Positions 19,666 to 28,603 of a DNA stretch of 64,000 nt are shown here, piece after piece. Origin of the DNA: Methanobacteriota archaeon (GTDB lineage Archaea > Thermoplasmatota > Poseidoniia > Poseidoniales > Poseidoniaceae); the NCBI GenBank assembly GCA_018659375.1, contig JABJMO010000063.1, positions 1,782 to 65,781 of the forward strand, in the 5' to 3' direction. The notes under the pieces were generated by a model, which saw only the letters and a program-made list of their open reading frames with translations, did not search any database and was not told where the DNA came from. Position numbers and translations under genes: made by a program. Within the stretch, counting starts at the first letter, position 1; each line of letters starts with the position of its first letter.

Positions 19666-20415
19666 ATGTCTAGTTTCTCTGCTGACCCAAGTCATCCTAG
19701 ATATCAATCCTTATTGAGCAGACATAGGCTTGAACAGGCAGCAAAGCAAGGTATGCTTGCTGATAGTGCATTAATCGCCCATGGGCGCGGGGAGGCTTAT
19801 GATTACTTAATCGGCGAAAAGACCTCGCCAAATGCCTTAGAAGCCACAAAAAATGCCTTGGCACACTTAATAGCCGGAAAAAAATCAGTAATTTCGCTCA
19901 ATGGCAATACTACAGCGTTAGCAGGGTATGAGTTGATGAAAATTGCTGAATACTTGCAATGTCCTATTGAGGTCAATATTTTTTATCGTACAGAACAGCG
20001 TATTAGTGCCTTATTTGGATATTTAGATGCGATAAAACAGGAACATGGTATTAACGTTAATATCCTTGGTAAAAATCCTGATACGAAGATTCCAGGGCTC
20101 AAAGGGCCTAGAGCAAAATGTTGTACTGAAGGGATTTACTCTAGCGATGTCATCTTAGTACCGCTTGAAGACGGAGACCGTTGTGAGGCATTGGTTGCTA
20201 TGGGTAAAACCGTTATTGTTGTAGACCTTAATCCCTTATCTAGATCAGCAAAAATGGCATCGATTACCATTGTTGATGAAATTTCTAGAGTTTCTAAAAG
20301 GATGCTAAACTTAATCCAAGCCAATGATTTACCAAGTATACAAATAGAATTCAATAATGATAAAAATCTTCAGGCAAGTGTTAACATTATTGCTGGAAAC
20401 TACCGTAATGTTTAG
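19666..20415 (+). CDS. 4-phosphopantoate--beta-alanine ligase (phosphopantothenate synthetase)
   Basis: HPRYQSL..R, IAHGRGEAYDYLIGE, ISLNGN, VNIFYRT, VPLEDGDR, DLNPLSR. Confidence 0.93.
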   Translation: MSSFSADPSHPRYQSLLSRHRLEQAAKQGMLADSALIAHGRGEAYDYLIGEKTSPNALEATKNALAHLIAGKKSVISLNGNTTALAGYELMKIAEYLQCPIEVNIFYRTEQRISALFGYLDAIKQEHGINVNILGKNPDTKIPGLKGPRAKCCTEGIYSSDVILVPLEDGDRCEALVAMGKTVIVVDLNPLSRSAKMASITIVDEISRVSKRMLNLIQANDLPSIQIEFNNDKNLQASVNIIAGNYRNV

Positions 20416-20488
20416 TTTCAATCGGTATAAACTGGGCTTTGAGGTTTTTGTCGGCATAATTGTTTTATCTTAACAAATTAAACTAGCC

Positions 20489-21115
20489 TTGAAAGAAATG
20501 GTTAGTGAAACTGGAGTCAACCCGAAAAAAGGCACTTTTGGTACCAGTATTTCCTTTGATATTGATGAGACCCCAAAACCGATGAGACGCAAGGGAAGAG
20601 AAAAAATAGATTTGATGGAAAATAATACTGCGGAATCTGATGAAATTAGTAACTGTCCGGGATGTGGTGCTGATATTAGCCATGACGAATGGCTGGATTG
20701 TTTGATTGGGTTTATCTCTGGCGCCCATGATTTTGAAGTTGGCAATCCGGTAAGAGCAAGAATTGTGCAAAATCTAAGGAACCTTGCAGCAAGAATGAAC
20801 GTCCCAAGCCCAACAGATAGTTGGGAATTAGCCGTTATTGATAAGCTGATTATTGAGATAAAAAGACTCGTTGCTGCTGAGGTCGATAGAACAAATCGCA
20901 AGCAAACTGCTCCGAATAAATTGGGTGATGAAGAGCGGGAAGCAATCATAATTGAGACTGAAAATCGGGTTATTAATACCATGGCATTAGAAATCCAGGA
21001 AGCATTAATTGAGCAATTAACTCCTCAATTAGAAGTTCAAATTCGGCAACAGGTGGAACAAGAGTTATGGGTTCAATTTGAGGAAGAATGGCGGAATAGA
21101 ACAACTAATTCTTAA
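20489..21115 (+). CDS. Hypothetical protein with CxxC and C-terminal coiled coil
   Basis: CPGCG; E/Q-rich helical C-terminus; start codon uncertain. Confidence 0.6.
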   Translation: MKEMVSETGVNPKKGTFGTSISFDIDETPKPMRRKGREKIDLMENNTAESDEISNCPGCGADISHDEWLDCLIGFISGAHDFEVGNPVRARIVQNLRNLAARMNVPSPTDSWELAVIDKLIIEIKRLVAAEVDRTNRKQTAPNKLGDEEREAIIIETENRVINTMALEIQEALIEQLTPQLEVQIRQQVEQELWVQFEEEWRNRTTNS

Positions 21116-21196
21116 GTGCGATTTTATCTAAATTACCGAGGTTTACCTTTTTGTTTAATGATATTCTTCATAGGCTGTCAAATCTAACAAAGAGAT

Positions 21197-21802
21197 ATGC
21201 GAGACGACCCGCTGCATCTTGGCTCAATGCCAGCAGAGATTCAGAGACTCTGCGAGGTCATGCTGGGGATTGACCCTCACTGGCAACTCGAAGCTTGGCT
21301 AAAGCAACAAGCAAGCGCAAGTTTAGAAATCATTTCAAGCGAACTGGAAGTTGAATTAAAAACGGCTGAACAGAGATTAAAGCGCATAACGGATATTAAA
21401 GATCGGTTGAAAAATGATAACTTAAGATTCGCTGATAAAAACCAGACAAATCTGTTTGATTGCTTTAGTATAGATATTGATAAGTCCATTGTGGGTCTTG
21501 GCTCAAGAGCGATAGATAATGATGAACAGTATTCTGAAACACATCCTGTTAATGCGTTCTTGAATCTGTTACCAGATGACCAAGGTGACGACCCATTACT
21601 GGCTGTGGCTTGCCAAAACTTATTGATGATTATCGAGGGTGAATTAGCAAGAGGAAAAGAAGCCGCCTCGCTTGAGTTAATCGTTACAGAACTTGACAAA
21701 ACTGGTATTTCTTATGAAGAAATTGATGAAGCAATAGAACATTCTCTTATGACTGGCTCCATTATTGAAATCGACAATGATTGTTTTATCACAATAAGAT
21801 GA
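21197..21802 (+). CDS. Hypothetical protein with coiled coil and C-terminal winged helix
   Basis: Heptad region, QTNLFDCF, and C-terminal 'GISYEEIDEAIEHSLMTGSIIEIDNDCF'. Confidence 0.65.
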   Translation: MRDDPLHLGSMPAEIQRLCEVMLGIDPHWQLEAWLKQQASASLEIISSELEVELKTAEQRLKRITDIKDRLKNDNLRFADKNQTNLFDCFSIDIDKSIVGLGSRAIDNDEQYSETHPVNAFLNLLPDDQGDDPLLAVACQNLLMIIEGELARGKEAASLELIVTELDKTGISYEEIDEAIEHSLMTGSIIEIDNDCFITIR

Positions 21803-22125
21803 GAGGCCTTGTCATGGCCCTAGCAAAAAAAGAGGCTGCTCAATTATTAATTGATGCATTAAGGTCTGAAAAAAAGCTGAAGGGCAGAGTAATTGCCGTT
21901 ATAATTCAATCAGTCCTAATTGCAATTGTAGTCACTTACCTCACGTCATGGTATTTCGGTTTAGCTTGCATACTAGTGTTCAGTTTACTTGGCCAGTTTG
22001 CTCATGAGAGAATGACTAATTCAATTACTGTGCGAAAGATTACCGCAATAAAATCGCTAAGATGGAATGAAACCGAACTAGAAAATCCTGAGTTGTTGAA
22101 TAAATTAAATAAAATTCTAGAATAA
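21781..22125 (+). CDS. Small membrane protein (2 TM)
   Basis: Two hydrophobic segments; true start probably the ATG at 21799 or 21814. Confidence 0.55.
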   Translation: MFYHNKMRGLVMALAKKEAAQLLIDALRSEKKLKGRVIAVIIQSVLIAIVVTYLTSWYFGLACILVFSLLGQFAHERMTNSITVRKITAIKSLRWNETELENPELLNKLNKILE

Positions 22126-22161
22126 GGAAGTCAAATATATGACTCCTAGTTAGTTGACAAT

Positions 22162-22911
22162 ATGAAGGTCAAGGCAATATTGGTGGCAGGGGGCCACGGA
22201 AGTCGCCTATATCCGTTCACTAAAATCTCTCAAAAAACCCTCCTTCCATTGTATGAACGCCCGGTAATTGATTATGCTCTTGGTACGATTAGACGGGCTG
22301 GAATCAAGAATATCACGATAATATCAAACCAATTCATTGGCCAAATTGCCAAACATGTTGGCTCCGGATTAGAGGGTGAACAAATTCATTATGTCTTGGA
22401 AGAAACTCCTGAAGGTGTCGCAAACGCGCTCAATTTAGCAAGGCCGCATAATGAAAACTGTCGCTTGTTAATTTATTTTTCAGACAATATTACTACTATT
22501 GAACTATCAGGGTATGTCGAATCATTCAGACAGGCAGAGACAAATCCTGGGTGCATATTATTATCAAGGGAAGAAGAAAACCCGAACGCCTTTGGAGTTG
22601 CTGAGTTTGATGAACACGGCAACATTGTTGACATTGTTGAAAAACCAGAATCTCCACCCTCAAATATTGCTATTGGTGGAATATACCTTTATGACGAACA
22701 ATTTTGGAGTTTAATGGACCAGTGTGAGAAAGAAATGGGTGAAAAATTATCAATTACTGATGTCAATCGTAAGTATGTGCAAAATAATTCCGCTCAGTTG
22801 CTTAACATTGGTAAAGAAACATGGGTTGACTGTGGGACTCCTGACTCATTACTAGATGCTTCTATAATGGCCAGAGATGGGAAGTTAAATCCAAACCCTT
22901 ACAGAAAATAA
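22162..22911 (+). CDS. Sugar-1-phosphate nucleotidyltransferase (RmlA-like)
   Basis: AGGHGSRLYPFT..KTLLP, IVEKP, WVDCGT. Confidence 0.88.
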   Translation: MKVKAILVAGGHGSRLYPFTKISQKTLLPLYERPVIDYALGTIRRAGIKNITIISNQFIGQIAKHVGSGLEGEQIHYVLEETPEGVANALNLARPHNENCRLLIYFSDNITTIELSGYVESFRQAETNPGCILLSREEENPNAFGVAEFDEHGNIVDIVEKPESPPSNIAIGGIYLYDEQFWSLMDQCEKEMGEKLSITDVNRKYVQNNSAQLLNIGKETWVDCGTPDSLLDASIMARDGKLNPNPYRK

Positions 22912-22939
22912 TAGAAAAAATATTACAAACTATAGGTGA

Positions 22940-23773
22940 GTGGGACTAGTGAAAATTGGAATTATTGGTGCTGGAATGGTTGGTGGCGCAATCGAACATT
23001 GCTTCAAAGAAGCGCATGAGTTATTTGTTCATGACCCGGCTAGAGGCACAACACTCCAACATGTTATCGATAATGTTGATTTTGCCTATATCGCAGTTCC
23101 AACACCACCTCACCCAGTACACGGAGGGTGCGATACTAGGATTGTTGAAGAAATACTAGACTCCTTACCCGATGGCTTTACAGCAGTCATCAAAAGTACG
23201 GTAATTCCTGGTACAACCCAGCAATTCCATGATAAATATGGCCATCTAAAAATCGCCTATTCTCCAGAATTTTTGGTCGAAAGACGTAGGTTAGAAGATT
23301 TCGCTAATCAAGACATATTAGTCTGTGGCACTCACCACGAAGATGTTGCGCAAACTGTTTTCAAACAACATAAGGATGCGGGAGTGTTGCGTTCGGAAAA
23401 TTTGTTCCAGGTAACTCCGACCCAAGCTGAATTGGTAAAATATACCAAAAATACATTCTATGCAACCAAGGTTATTTTTGCTAATCAAATGTATGACATT
23501 TGTCAAGCACTTGGCGAGGATTGGTACAAGATAAAGGAGATAATTACGACCAAGCAAGACCAACCTATTGGTGAGTCACATTTAGATCCAATCTTTGGAT
23601 TAAGTCGTGGTTTTGGCGGGAAGTGTCTGCCGAAGGATTCCCAAGCCTTAGCGGTACTAGCAGAATCTTTGTCTTGCAACTATGAATTACTTACCGCTAT
23701 TCAAAATGACAACGAAAAGCTTCGTGCAATATTAACGGGTAAACCAAGTGATGTAATTACTAATGATGATTGA
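22940..23773 (+). CDS. Short UDP-glucose/GDP-mannose dehydrogenase family protein
   Basis: [42 protein letters not shown]. Confidence 0.88.
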   Translation: MGLVKIGIIGAGMVGGAIEHCFKEAHELFVHDPARGTTLQHVIDNVDFAYIAVPTPPHPVHGGCDTRIVEEILDSLPDGFTAVIKSTVIPGTTQQFHDKYGHLKIAYSPEFLVERRRLEDFANQDILVCGTHHEDVAQTVFKQHKDAGVLRSENLFQVTPTQAELVKYTKNTFYATKVIFANQMYDICQALGEDWYKIKEIITTKQDQPIGESHLDPIFGLSRGFGGKCLPKDSQALAVLAESLSCNYELLTAIQNDNEKLRAILTGKPSDVITNDD

Positions 23774-24210
23774 AAACAATGGGTGAAATGATGGAAAAAC
23801 CTCAACTTTCATCTATTGCCCCCAGAGGGACAATACGGAGATTTGCTGCTGCGGGTGGAGTTAATACTCTACTGTTTTGGATTTTCTGGGAGATGCTTCG
23901 AATAAGCCCTGCACTAAACCTTTTTTCAGAGACTGGAGTTTGGACTATTGCTTGGATAATGTCTTGTACGATCGCCCATTTTACTCACCGATACTTCACT
24001 TTTGATAAACGGAAGAATGTCAAAAACACGATGCTTGGAGCATATACTGTATATGCAATAGGAGGGGTTCTATCAACCATCTCATACAATGCGATATATT
24101 CTATGTTTGATTGGGAAATTAGAACAATATTCGCATTGAACATGGCGATTTGGGGGCTGTTTACCTGGGCGTCTATGCGATGGTTTGTCTTTGGCTATAA
24201 TGATGATTAA
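23770..24210 (+). CDS. GtrA family membrane protein
   Basis: [10 protein letters not shown], four TM helices, HRYFTF, RWFVF. Confidence 0.8.
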   Translation: MKTMGEMMEKPQLSSIAPRGTIRRFAAAGGVNTLLFWIFWEMLRISPALNLFSETGVWTIAWIMSCTIAHFTHRYFTFDKRKNVKNTMLGAYTVYAIGGVLSTISYNAIYSMFDWEIRTIFALNMAIWGLFTWASMRWFVFGYNDD

Positions 24211-24296
24211 CGGAAACTACTAAGCTTGTTGAAAAATCATACATTTCCGTTTAAATTGTCCGTGAAGTTCATGGCTGATGAACGATACGACAGTCT

Positions 24297-24728
24297 ATGC
24301 TGCCAGACACGATACACAAGTTGTCAAGAGAAGAGCGATTTTCTTACGCAAGATTACTAGCTTTCATGACCAGAGTGGATAATGAATTAACTGTGGATGA
24401 AATGGCGATGTTTGAGCAACGACTCGGCACTGCACTATTGTCCCCAAAACAGAGAGAATTAATTCGTCACGCCTTGAAAGCGCCTCCTTCATTAGAAGAA
24501 TGTTTAGCTGGGTTAAGTGATGAGGCTGGCCGTTTAGCACTTAGAGATTCTATCTTAATGGCTGCTGCTGATGGTAATGTTGATGATGACGAAAAAGCAG
24601 TTCTTCTAAAAATAATTGCTCATCTGGGCCTACCAGAAGAATCACTTGATAAATTATTGAAATGGACTGTTAAAGGATACAATTGGATGCAATCCGGATA
24701 CGATATTTTGAATGAGTTATCGGAGTGA
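24297..24728 (+). CDS. TerB family protein
   Basis: VDNELTVDE and MAAADGNVDDDEK acidic metal-binding motifs. Confidence 0.75.
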   Translation: MLPDTIHKLSREERFSYARLLAFMTRVDNELTVDEMAMFEQRLGTALLSPKQRELIRHALKAPPSLEECLAGLSDEAGRLALRDSILMAAADGNVDDDEKAVLLKIIAHLGLPEESLDKLLKWTVKGYNWMQSGYDILNELSE

Positions 24729-24734
24729 AGCCCA

Positions 24735-25154
24735 GTGTTTTCTGATCTGGTTAATGAGTTGACCATGGATGAGCGTTTATCTCATGCTCAACTAATGGTT
24801 GCTGTCGCTTCTGTTGATGGGGAACTGGTATTGGAAGAACTGATCATGATAGAGTCGATTATGGGGAAATCAATGCTCCATCCAGAGATGCGTGTTGATG
24901 TTCGAAATACTTTGTCACACCCTGTAGAATTAGAAAAATCTATGGAAATGTTATCAAGAAGAGGCAAGCAATTAGCCCTGAGAGATGCGATAATGATTTC
25001 AGCTTGTGATGGTGAATACGATAAAAAAGAAATTAGAGTAATCGCAAAAATTGCTAAATTAGCAGGCGTTGAAAAAACTAAACTGTCACAACTGTACGAA
25101 TGGGTTAGTGAATATTGGGAATGTTTTAACAAATCATCTACTATTTTTGAATAA
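24735..25154 (+). CDS. TerB family protein (paralog)
   Basis: VASVDGELVLEE and ISACDGEYDKKE; similar to the upstream gene. Confidence 0.75.
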   Translation: MFSDLVNELTMDERLSHAQLMVAVASVDGELVLEELIMIESIMGKSMLHPEMRVDVRNTLSHPVELEKSMEMLSRRGKQLALRDAIMISACDGEYDKKEIRVIAKIAKLAGVEKTKLSQLYEWVSEYWECFNKSSTIFE

Positions 25155-25315
25155 TTTATTTTCAATTATTTCCGCTTTCTAGACTTTTAATACTCGCTTA
25201 CGGCATAAACCGGAATTTTTTTACTTCATAGTAAAAATAAGATGCGCTTCTTGGGAAACACGACTGTTTATTACTGATAAGTCAGTGGTAAGGGCGCTAG
25301 CGCTGAGGGAATACA

Positions 25316-25897
25316 ATGGGACTACATCCAAAGATAGGAATTACAGGTCTTCCACGAAGTGGAAAGTCTGCCGTAATGGAAAAAGTTCTAGGTATGCTTA
25401 GCGAAGAAAGGAACCGGGAAATCAGCCTACGTGGAAACCACTCTGGAAAACCAATTATTGCTGGATTAAGGACTGAGCCGATTATTGAAAACGGTGAACG
25501 CTTAGGTTACAAGGTCATTGATATCATTACTGGAGAAGAAGGCGTGATTGCCCACAAAGAATTCGACTCTAGGTTAAGGGTTCTTGGCTATGGATTAGAC
25601 CTAGAAGCCTTGGAAAGAGTGGCGATTCCAGCAATTGAATATGCTAAAGAAGAAAGTGAGGTCTTAGTCATCGATGAAATTGGTAAATTTACTGTCGAAA
25701 GTGAAGCATTTGTCAATTGTGTCAGAGGCGCACTAGAAATGGACAAACCAACCTTGTTAACCCTACACAAGAAAAGTCGACATCCCCTACTACAAGACAT
25801 ACGACGCAGGGATGATGGTCGAATTCTTGAAGTCACCCCGGTAAATAGAGCCCTATTACCATATAAAATTCACAAGTTGATGAGAGAGACATACTAG
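25316..25897 (+). CDS. Nucleoside-triphosphatase (THEP1/NTPase_1)
   Basis: ITGLPRSGKS, G.RTE, VIDEIGK, TLH. Confidence 0.88.
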   Translation: MGLHPKIGITGLPRSGKSAVMEKVLGMLSEERNREISLRGNHSGKPIIAGLRTEPIIENGERLGYKVIDIITGEEGVIAHKEFDSRLRVLGYGLDLEALERVAIPAIEYAKEESEVLVIDEIGKFTVESEAFVNCVRGALEMDKPTLLTLHKKSRHPLLQDIRRRDDGRILEVTPVNRALLPYKIHKLMRETY

Positions 25898-25936
25898 TCC
25901 CGTTTAATTCATCACTCATGCCATACTGGCTAGTTC

Positions 25937-26281
25937 ATGGACGAGCCAAGCAAAGCGGCAAACCGCGTACTACTTGGCACCGGATTAGGGCTAATTCTAG
26001 TCTGTGGTTTTGCCATAAGTGAACAACGCATGGCCCTCGATGAACTAGGAATTGGTCACCTTTTCCTGATTGGCGGAATTGCGTTTTTGGTACTATCCCG
26101 ATTGGTAAATTATGAAACTTCAGTACTAGTGAAATACTTCCCAAATGAGACTGAGCAAAATATGAAAGCTAGAATTCATGATGAATTATCACGAGCTGAA
26201 CGCGAAAATGAGGTCGGCAATGCATGGGCAGAATTAGAAAGTAAAGTCCTAACTTCTGAAATTGCTCAAGAATCAGAGTAG
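25937..26281 (+). CDS. Hypothetical membrane protein
   Basis: Two TM helices and a polar tail. Confidence 0.6.
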   Translation: MDEPSKAANRVLLGTGLGLILVCGFAISEQRMALDELGIGHLFLIGGIAFLVLSRLVNYETSVLVKYFPNETEQNMKARIHDELSRAERENEVGNAWAELESKVLTSEIAQESE

Positions 26282-26335
26282 ATTCTTTGCGAATATTCAA
26301 GAATCCTCTACTCTACCGCTGGATGAGGCGATACA

Positions 26336-26719
26336 ATGAGTGAGATTCCCGAAGGTCTGTATTATACCAAAGAACATGAATGGTTGAAGGTAGATGGTGA
26401 CACTGTGACTATAGGGATAACAGACCATGCTCAACATGCGCTTACCGACATTGTTTACATCGAACTTCCCGATAGCGGCATGGTAGTTGACGACATGGGA
26501 GAATTTGCTGTGGTTGAATCAGTAAAGTCTGCATCACCTATTTTTGCCCCACTAAGCGGAGAAATTACCGAAGTGAATGAAGAATTAGAGGACACTCCGG
26601 AATTGATGAACACTAGCCCATATGGGGATGGTTGGATAATTAAAATGACAATCAATAATCCTGACCAACTTGCTAATCTAATGGATGCTGCTGCATACCG
26701 TGCTGAGATTGGCGAGTGA
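26336..26719 (+). CDS. gcvH: Glycine cleavage system H protein
   Basis: YTKEHEW, GITDHAQ, VESVKSAS (lipoyl Lys), NTSPYGDGW. Confidence 0.97.
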   Translation: MSEIPEGLYYTKEHEWLKVDGDTVTIGITDHAQHALTDIVYIELPDSGMVVDDMGEFAVVESVKSASPIFAPLSGEITEVNEELEDTPELMNTSPYGDGWIIKMTINNPDQLANLMDAAAYRAEIGE

Positions 26720-27267
26720 ATAAGTTGACAACATTAAATGACCATTATGCACTTTATGTAGATGGTTCATGTTTAGAAAACAGAGATGTTTCTGCTACCA
26801 CTCCAGCCGCTTGGAGTTTGGTAATTGTTACTGGGGATAACGGACTGGGCAAAGGTAGTGGAGAAATTCTCGAGGAAACCTGGGGCTCGGTAATTACTGA
26901 TTATTCTGACTCCGCTTTCATTGGTGCAGAAGTGGGATCAAACAATACTGCAGAATTAACCGCGATTGCTGAAGCATTGCGGTGGCTACTGATTGACGGT
27001 GGCAATCGGCCGGCGATTGTCCATACAGATTCTCAATATGCTGGTAATTTAGCAACGGGTAATTGGAAAGCTAAAGCAAACAAACAGTTAGTGGCTATGG
27101 TTCAGAAATTGTGGCGAGAAGTGGGCGCTCTGCGCGAACTTAATTGGAGTCATGTAAGGGCACATAGAGGACATCGGTGGAATGAAAGAGCAGACCACCT
27201 AGCCAATCGGTGCGTCAATAATCAAGCTCCAATGCCATTGTCATTTTGGAAGCCTGGCCAAAGATAA
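26716..27267 (+). CDS. rnhA: Ribonuclease HI
   Basis: YVDGSC, SNNTAELTAI, HTDSQY, HVRAHRGHRWNERADHLA. Confidence 0.92.
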   Translation: MNKLTTLNDHYALYVDGSCLENRDVSATTPAAWSLVIVTGDNGLGKGSGEILEETWGSVITDYSDSAFIGAEVGSNNTAELTAIAEALRWLLIDGGNRPAIVHTDSQYAGNLATGNWKAKANKQLVAMVQKLWREVGALRELNWSHVRAHRGHRWNERADHLANRCVNNQAPMPLSFWKPGQR

Positions 27268-27268
27268 A

Positions 27269-28132
27269 TCATTTCAGCCGATCAATAAGCCAAGTTTTTA
27301 ATTCCGGTGCGTAGTCCAAATTACGCAGACCATAATCGATCTGGGCTTTAAGCCAACTTAGCGGGTTGCCTGAATCATACCATTGATATTCACTCAAGTC
27401 AACTGCAACGTATCCAATCGATTCCATCCAATACTTTTGCAACTCTATGGTTTGCATCTCACCATAATCACCTACACTAAACACATTGGTAAGCAGATCT
27501 AGTGAGTTCTCAGCAAAGATGTAACGTCCGCACAAGACTTTGTTTGAGGGAGCATCTTGCTGATTTGGTTTTTCAACGACTTTGATAATCCGATCATTGT
27601 CTAATCTAACTACCCCATAATTTACCACTTCTAATTCAGGTAGTGAATATATTCCAGCACAAGGTAAACTAAATTCTTCATAAGCCTTCACTAATTTTTT
27701 TGAAGCATCTGATGGCTTGAAATTGGTAATACTAGAAAAATCTCGCGTGATAATATTATCTCCTAAAAGAACCATAAATGGTCCGCTAATCACCGATAGA
27801 GATTGCATTAAAGCATGACCTAACCCCAGTGGTTCATTTTGAACGTGAATGTGAAATTCGAGGCCATTAAATGGCGAAAATAGTGCCTCGCTTATTTCTG
27901 GACGTAATTGTGAATAAAGGCCATTATTTTGAAAGAAGTTGTCAAAACTTTTCTTTGGGGAAGTGATTATATGAATTCTTGATGCTCCGGCATTCGCTGC
28001 TTCAAGTACTAAATGAATCAATGCTGGTACATCTACTAACGGCAATGCTTCTTTTGGTACATAAGCACTTGTTGGCAACATTCGACTCCCCAATCCACCC
28101 GCAACAATAACTGCATCTTTAACCACGCTCAT
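27269..28132 (-). CDS. galU: UTP--glucose-1-phosphate uridylyltransferase-like
   Basis: VAGGLGSRMLP..PKEALP, QNEPLGLGHA, LLGD, VEKP, GRY, YDSGN. Start moved to the ATG at 28132. Confidence 0.8.
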   Translation of the reverse strand: MSVVKDAVIVAGGLGSRMLPTSAYVPKEALPLVDVPALIHLVLEAANAGASRIHIITSPKKSFDNFFQNNGLYSQLRPEISEALFSPFNGLEFHIHVQNEPLGLGHALMQSLSVISGPFMVLLGDNIITRDFSSITNFKPSDASKKLVKAYEEFSLPCAGIYSLPELEVVNYGVVRLDNDRIIKVVEKPNQQDAPSNKVLCGRYIFAENSLDLLTNVFSVGDYGEMQTIELQKYWMESIGYVAVDLSEYQWYDSGNPLSWLKAQIDYGLRNLDYAPELKTWLIDRLK

Positions 28133-28183
28133 ATAGAAACCCAAAGGGTACAACCTTTCAAGCATAACCCAACATGCGTTGTC

Positions 28184-28603
28184 ATGGCGAATGACCCTGA
28201 GTGGCGGTGGTATACACTTGCTGGTTTGCTGATGGTGGTCCAAACACTGTTTGATTTCGCACCTGCTGGCCCGTGGAATGCTCCATCGTTCACTAGAGGT
28301 TTAGTCGGCCTTGTAGGATTATGCTGTATGTATCTGGGCTGGTTTCGATTTACCTTCAAGTCAAAAGGCATTATCCCTTCTATTAATCGATGGCAAAATC
28401 CGAAGGAGAGTTGGAAAAAAGTGCTCGTTTTTTCACTCTCCTGTTTTGTTATGGTTGGAATTCTACAACTAAATCAGTTTAGAGATTCTCTACCAGATAC
28501 TGCAGGGATGATTGTTATGTTAATTGGGAGTCTGAGTATGCTAAATTCGATCTACGTTGGTTTGGTAGTATCTGGACCACTAAATGAAGCAGAAGAAGAA
28601 TGA
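28184..28603 (+). CDS. Hypothetical membrane protein (4 TM)
   Basis: Four hydrophobic segments. Confidence 0.65.
   Translation: MANDPEWRWYTLAGLLMVVQTLFDFAPAGPWNAPSFTRGLVGLVGLCCMYLGWFRFTFKSKGIIPSINRWQNPKESWKKVLVFSLSCFVMVGILQLNQFRDSLPDTAGMIVMLIGSLSMLNSIYVGLVVSGPLNEAEEE

Noticed and set aside
28133..28243. N-terminal extension of the GalU-like ORF
   Set aside because: It overlaps the divergent gene; family homology begins at MSVVKDAVIVAGG.
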